Below, in pieces: positions 60,162 through 64,000 of a stretch of DNA of 64,000 bases. This DNA comes from Candidatus Dormiibacterota bacterium (GTDB lineage Bacteria > Chloroflexota > Dormibacteria > Aeolococcales > Bog-877). The notes under the pieces were generated by a model. It was not told the origin of the DNA, made no database searches, and was given only the letters and a program-made list of their open reading frames with translations. Location of the stretch: contig DAHVMY010000002.1 of assembly GCA_027319585.1 (NCBI GenBank), forward strand, positions 27,155 through 91,154, in the 5' to 3' direction. The translations under genes and the position numbers were made by a program. Within the stretch, counting starts at the first letter, position 1; each line of letters begins with the position of its first letter.

Positions 60162-61427
60162 ATGGCGCAACCACGAGACGAGGAGGATGCGACCGGGACG
60201 AAGGCGGCCGGCGCCGGCAGCCGAGACCTGTGGTCGACCGTGACCGCGGTCACCTCGATCACCCTGCCCACCTTCCTGGTTGGCACCCTGGCGGTCCAGC
60301 TGCGCCACTCGCTCCACTTCGGGCCGTTTGAGCTGGGCGTGGTCGTGGGCTGCAGCTACGCCGCCAGCACCATCTTCGCCATCCCCTCCGGCCGGCTGGC
60401 CGAGGAGTTCAGCGGGCTGCGGATGCTGCGGTACGCCACGGCCGTCAGCGGCCTCGTGATGCTGCTGATCGCGGCCGCCGTGAATTCCTGGCCAGAACTG
60501 GCCGCTGCCCTGGTCCTAGCCGGGGCCAGCAGCTCCGGCGGGCAGGTGGCCGCCAACCTCTTTCTGGCCCGCCGGATCACGCCTGGGCGTCAGGGTCTGG
60601 CATTTGGAGTCAAGCAGGCATCGGTGCCACTCGCCTTCCTCCTCGGGGGCCTGGCGGTGCCTGCTCTCGCCCTGACCGTGGGCTGGCGGTGGGCGTTCGT
60701 CGGGGCCGCCGCGCTGGCGGGAGTGGCGCTTCTGGCCCTGCCGCACCCGCGGCTCTCGCTGGCGGCCCAGCGCCGCCACGCAGCCGCCCGTCGGCGCCGC
60801 GAGCCCACCCTCCCACTGGCTGCGCTGGCAATCGGATTCGGGCTCACCCTGACCGCCTGCTCCTCCCTGGGGGCATTCTTGGTCAGTTCGGCGGTCGCGA
60901 ACGGGCTGACCGCGGCCGAGGCCGGCTTGCTGGCTGCCCTAGCCAGCGCCTTTGGGGTCGCGGTCAGAGTCCTGGTTGGATACCTCGCCGATCGCCGGGG
61001 CGGCCGCCATCTGGTCTTTGTGATCGCGATGATGCTGGTCGGAGCTGCGGGCTTCGCGCTCCTGGCGGTCGGCAGCGGACTGCAAGCTCCGTTCCTGTTC
61101 GTGCCGGGAGCCGTGGTGGCCTTCGGAGTCGGCTGGGGCTGGAATGGGCTCTTTAATTTCGCGGTGGTCCACACCCACCCGCTCAGTCCGGCCCGCGCCA
61201 GCGGCATAACCCAAACGGGGGGACGGCTAGGGAGCGTCGTCGGCCCCCTTGCGTTCGGCGCTCTGGTCAGCCACGTCGGGTACCCCGGCGCCTGGACCCT
61301 GGCCTGCGCGGAGATGCTGCTCGGAGCCGCGACCATGGTGGCAGCCCGGACGCTGTTGGCGCGCCGCCTGGCGGCCGAGTCTGGCCAGCGCAAGTCGGCC
61401 CCGGCCCAGTCGAGCTCACCGTTCTGA
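60162..61427 (+). CDS. MFS transporter
   Basis: It has 12 TM segments. The start at ATG 60162 (MAQPRDEE) was chosen over the Arg/Pro-rich upstream extension. Confidence 0.75.
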   Translation: MAQPRDEEDATGTKAAGAGSRDLWSTVTAVTSITLPTFLVGTLAVQLRHSLHFGPFELGVVVGCSYAASTIFAIPSGRLAEEFSGLRMLRYATAVSGLVMLLIAAAVNSWPELAAALVLAGASSSGGQVAANLFLARRITPGRQGLAFGVKQASVPLAFLLGGLAVPALALTVGWRWAFVGAAALAGVALLALPHPRLSLAAQRRHAAARRRREPTLPLAALAIGFGLTLTACSSLGAFLVSSAVANGLTAAEAGLLAALASAFGVAVRVLVGYLADRRGGRHLVFVIAMMLVGAAGFALLAVGSGLQAPFLFVPGAVVAFGVGWGWNGLFNFAVVHTHPLSPARASGITQTGGRLGSVVGPLAFGALVSHVGYPGAWTLACAEMLLGAATMVAARTLLARRLAAESGQRKSAPAQSSSPF

Positions 61428-61556
61428 GTCCCAGCATCAAGGGCCCGGCGCCGCAACGGGCTGGTCCCCACCACCCGGACGCTCTCTCGCCCGTGTCTGG
61501 GTGGTCTCCCTGTGGCTTGATCCTCGCGTTCCCAGCCGCTCATACTCTGAAGCGCC

Positions 61557-62387
61557 GTGTCCCCAGTGCCATTCCAATACCTTCACCACCTGGTCACCGT
61601 CCCGGTCCTCGTTGGCGGCACAGAGGCCAAATTTGTGCTCGATTCGGGGATAGGTCTTACGCTTGTTTCGAGTTCGCTCGCCACCGCAGCGGGCTGCGAG
61701 CCGACCGGCGCCACGTACACCGGACACCGGATGTCGGGACAGGAGGTGACAATCCCACTGGGCACCCTGGGCTCCCTCGCCCTCGGAGGCTACGCTCGCA
61801 AGGACGTTGCCGTGGGCATCTTCGACATCGCTGGTCTCGAGGGCGTCGAGGGCTTTCTGTCGCTTGACTTCTTCCGGTCAAGGCCGGTGACAGTCGACTA
61901 CCCATCGAGAGGACTGGTCCTCGATGATGCCGACGCTGTGGCCGCCCGCGCGGATTCCGGGCTCGCGGTGGACGTCAGAGTGGCGCAGGACGCGCACTCT
62001 ACGACCGTCTTCCTCCCCCTTGATTTGCCGGGACGGAGGTCCATTTCGGTCGAGGTCGACATGGGGAGTGACTCGTTGATCCTGGATGAGGCGCTTGCGG
62101 ATGATCTTGGGATCAACCTCGTCGACGCAAGCACCCAAAGAGTCGAGGGTCGGGATGAGACGGGCCATGAGTACGTTCGCTACTTCACCGCTCTGCAGGG
62201 CGTGGTCAGTGTGACCGGGGCACCCTCGATCTGCCAGCGAGATCCCAAGGCGATGTTCCAGAAGATCATCTATGACGGGCTCGTTGGCGATGCCTTCCTC
62301 AGGAACTTCGTCGTCAGCTATGACCTCCCCAACGCCCGGATGATATTCGCGTTACCGAATGGGCTTCTCGCCCGTGAGCAGACTTAG
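61557..62387 (+). CDS. retropepsin-like (clan AA) aspartic peptidase domain protein
   Basis: FVLDSGIGLTLVS is a D-S/T-G active-site motif in the typical context. A second half-domain includes VDMGSDSLILD. Confidence 0.55.
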   Translation: MSPVPFQYLHHLVTVPVLVGGTEAKFVLDSGIGLTLVSSSLATAAGCEPTGATYTGHRMSGQEVTIPLGTLGSLALGGYARKDVAVGIFDIAGLEGVEGFLSLDFFRSRPVTVDYPSRGLVLDDADAVAARADSGLAVDVRVAQDAHSTTVFLPLDLPGRRSISVEVDMGSDSLILDEALADDLGINLVDASTQRVEGRDETGHEYVRYFTALQGVVSVTGAPSICQRDPKAMFQKIIYDGLVGDAFLRNFVVSYDLPNARMIFALPNGLLAREQT

Positions 62388-62404
62388 CCCGGCCCCCCAT
62401 CTGT

Positions 62405-62416
62405 CTACTGCAGTAG
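62405..62416. repeat. perfect 12-bp palindrome CTACTGCAGTAG
   Basis: Seen directly. It lies 18 nt after the stop of the aspartic-peptidase gene. Confidence 0.5.
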
Positions 62417-62739
62417 GGCCGCATCAGACATCAGGTGCCGATGCGCGGCTTGCCGCCCACCGACTGCGATGGAGCAGTGCGGCTGTGCCCCTGTGACTGC
62501 AGTCGCGGCCGCGACTGTCCGGCGCCGGAGGCGGGTCCACCAGGAAACTCCTCGCGGCAGGCACAGGGTGCGCCTCACGTCCGCGCGAGCAGGCTAAAAT
62601 CGCAACGATCTGATGGAAGTCCTCTTGCCCACACCCCTACTGCGCCCGCTTCTGCCAGCGCCCCTTTCCCACTTGGACCGCGATCGACGGCCGCCGTTGG
62701 ACTGGCCGGCAGCGCCCGCAAGACGCCGCAGACGCACTG

Positions 62740-63900
62740 ATGGAACAGGCGGCCAAGGAGAGCGTGGCCCGCTGCCCCGAGACTGGCTTAGAAGTCGTCG
62801 GCATCACTGATCACAACCTCGCGCTAGAGCTCAAGTCACTCGGCCCGCTGGTGCAGACCCAGGGGGTCACCTTCCGCTTGCCTGACCCCGGTTCCGAGGT
62901 GGTCGCGGTCAGCCTCTACCAGGAAGTCCTCCAGCCCAGAGACGGCCCGCGAATGACGATGAGGGGCGGGGTCTATGAGGTGGCGATCCCCAGACCGCCG
63001 GTCGATCGCATGGAGTACCTGTTCAGATTGCGATACCGCAACGGGCAGGTGACCCTCGGGACGGATCCGGGCAATCCGCGGCGAGCTCCGGGGCCATTTG
63101 GCGACAAGTCCGTGATCGAGTTTCCGGAGTATCGAGCCCCTCGATGGACCGCCTCATCCGCATTGCCACGGGGCGAGGTTCGGGACTTCGACATCCCCTG
63201 CCCGACCCTTGAGGGGGCGACCCATTGCCGCCTTTGGTCATCTCCGGGAACCCGCAGCGAGCAATCGCTGCCCCTCCTCATCGCGCTGGACGGACTCGAG
63301 TACGACCTCTACTCGTCGCTCACCCAGTTCCTGGACCAGGCCGCGCGTGCCGGTGAGCTGCCGCGGATGCGCGCCGCCTTGCTGCATCCCGTGCAACGCG
63401 ACCGCGACTACTCCGCGTCCCCGGATTTCGCCTGCTCCCTGCAACAGGAGGTGCTCCCGCAGCTCGCAGGCCGGGTCTCGATCCGCCCCGAGCCAAGGGC
63501 CCGGGTGGGGATGGGTGCCAGTCTGGGTGGGCTTGCCATGCTGCATGCGCATTGGAGCCAGCCCGAGCTCCTGGGAGGGCTGTTCCTGCAGTCGGCCAGC
63601 TTCTTCAATCACCACTACTTCTCCCAGAGTCTGAGCTTCGAGCACATGGAGCGGATCTGCGCCTTCACAGAGTCCATCCACTCCGCCTGCCACGCGCCGG
63701 CACGAGCCTCGGTGGTGCTGACCTGTGGTACCGTCGAGGAGACCTTGCTGGCCAACACCGCTATGGCCAGCAGCCTGAGCCGCCTGGGATACCGATGCGA
63801 GCTCCAGCGCCTCCGCGACGCCCACAACTGGATCGCGTGGCGCGATGCCTTCCGTCCATGGCTGAGCCAGCTGCTGGCCTGCCTCTGGTCCAGCTTGTGA
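62740..63900 (+). CDS. esterase-family protein (enterochelin-esterase-like: N-terminal Ig-like domain plus alpha/beta-hydrolase)
   Basis: The nucleophile elbow is GMGASLGGLAML. The protein is 386 aa long with an N-terminal beta-rich region. Confidence 0.7.
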   Translation: MEQAAKESVARCPETGLEVVGITDHNLALELKSLGPLVQTQGVTFRLPDPGSEVVAVSLYQEVLQPRDGPRMTMRGGVYEVAIPRPPVDRMEYLFRLRYRNGQVTLGTDPGNPRRAPGPFGDKSVIEFPEYRAPRWTASSALPRGEVRDFDIPCPTLEGATHCRLWSSPGTRSEQSLPLLIALDGLEYDLYSSLTQFLDQAARAGELPRMRAALLHPVQRDRDYSASPDFACSLQQEVLPQLAGRVSIRPEPRARVGMGASLGGLAMLHAHWSQPELLGGLFLQSASFFNHHYFSQSLSFEHMERICAFTESIHSACHAPARASVVLTCGTVEETLLANTAMASSLSRLGYRCELQRLRDAHNWIAWRDAFRPWLSQLLACLWSSL

Positions 63901-63910
63901 GAATCCACTG

Positions 63911-64000
63911 ATGCGCCGGGATCAGTGGGTGGTGGAGTCGGAGGGCGCCGGCGCGGCCACGGTGCTGGCGTACGGCCACTACGGGCCACCCCTGATCGTG
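63911..64000 (+). CDS. start of a further ORF (partial; runs off the window)
   Basis: The ATG at 63911 is followed by an open GC3-rich frame (MRRDQWVVESEGAGAATVLAYGHYGPPLIV). There is no stop in the window. Confidence 0.3.
   Translation, partial: MRRDQWVVESEGAGAATVLAYGHYGPPLIV

Overview
This is a high-GC (about 70%) bacterial chromosomal segment, probably Actinobacteria-like. It is gene-dense, with about 60 protein-coding genes on both strands. Non-coding frames stay open here, so the six-frame track is full of long shadow ORFs that overlap the real genes. I found no transposase, integrase or CRISPR array in the window.

The content is mostly core metabolism and envelope biology: lipid and CoA metabolism, sugar metabolism, glycoside hydrolases, peptidases, transport and the Tat system. 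The window also carries a 5'-truncated selA gene (the SelA N-terminus runs off the window start; its C-terminus lies beyond the edge) with a candidate tRNA-Sec just upstream, so this genome very likely uses selenocysteine.

The most unusual block is a six-gene, translationally coupled operon at 30255-37841. It looks like a group-4 membrane-bound [NiFe] hydrogenase or formate hydrogenlyase, but the large subunit lacks both NiFe-ligating cysteine motifs and no maturation genes are nearby. It is probably an energy-converting hydrogenase-related (Ehr) or complex-I-like module of unknown redox partner.

Other notable points are a KimA-family K+ transporter with a long 5' leader that could hold a c-di-AMP riboswitch, a short-chain dehydrogenase that has lost its catalytic Tyr and Lys, a K+-independent H+-pyrophosphatase, and a sedolisin with no signal peptide. 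Gene starts in this GC-rich DNA are often uncertain by tens of codons. ORF-track coordinates include the stop codon.
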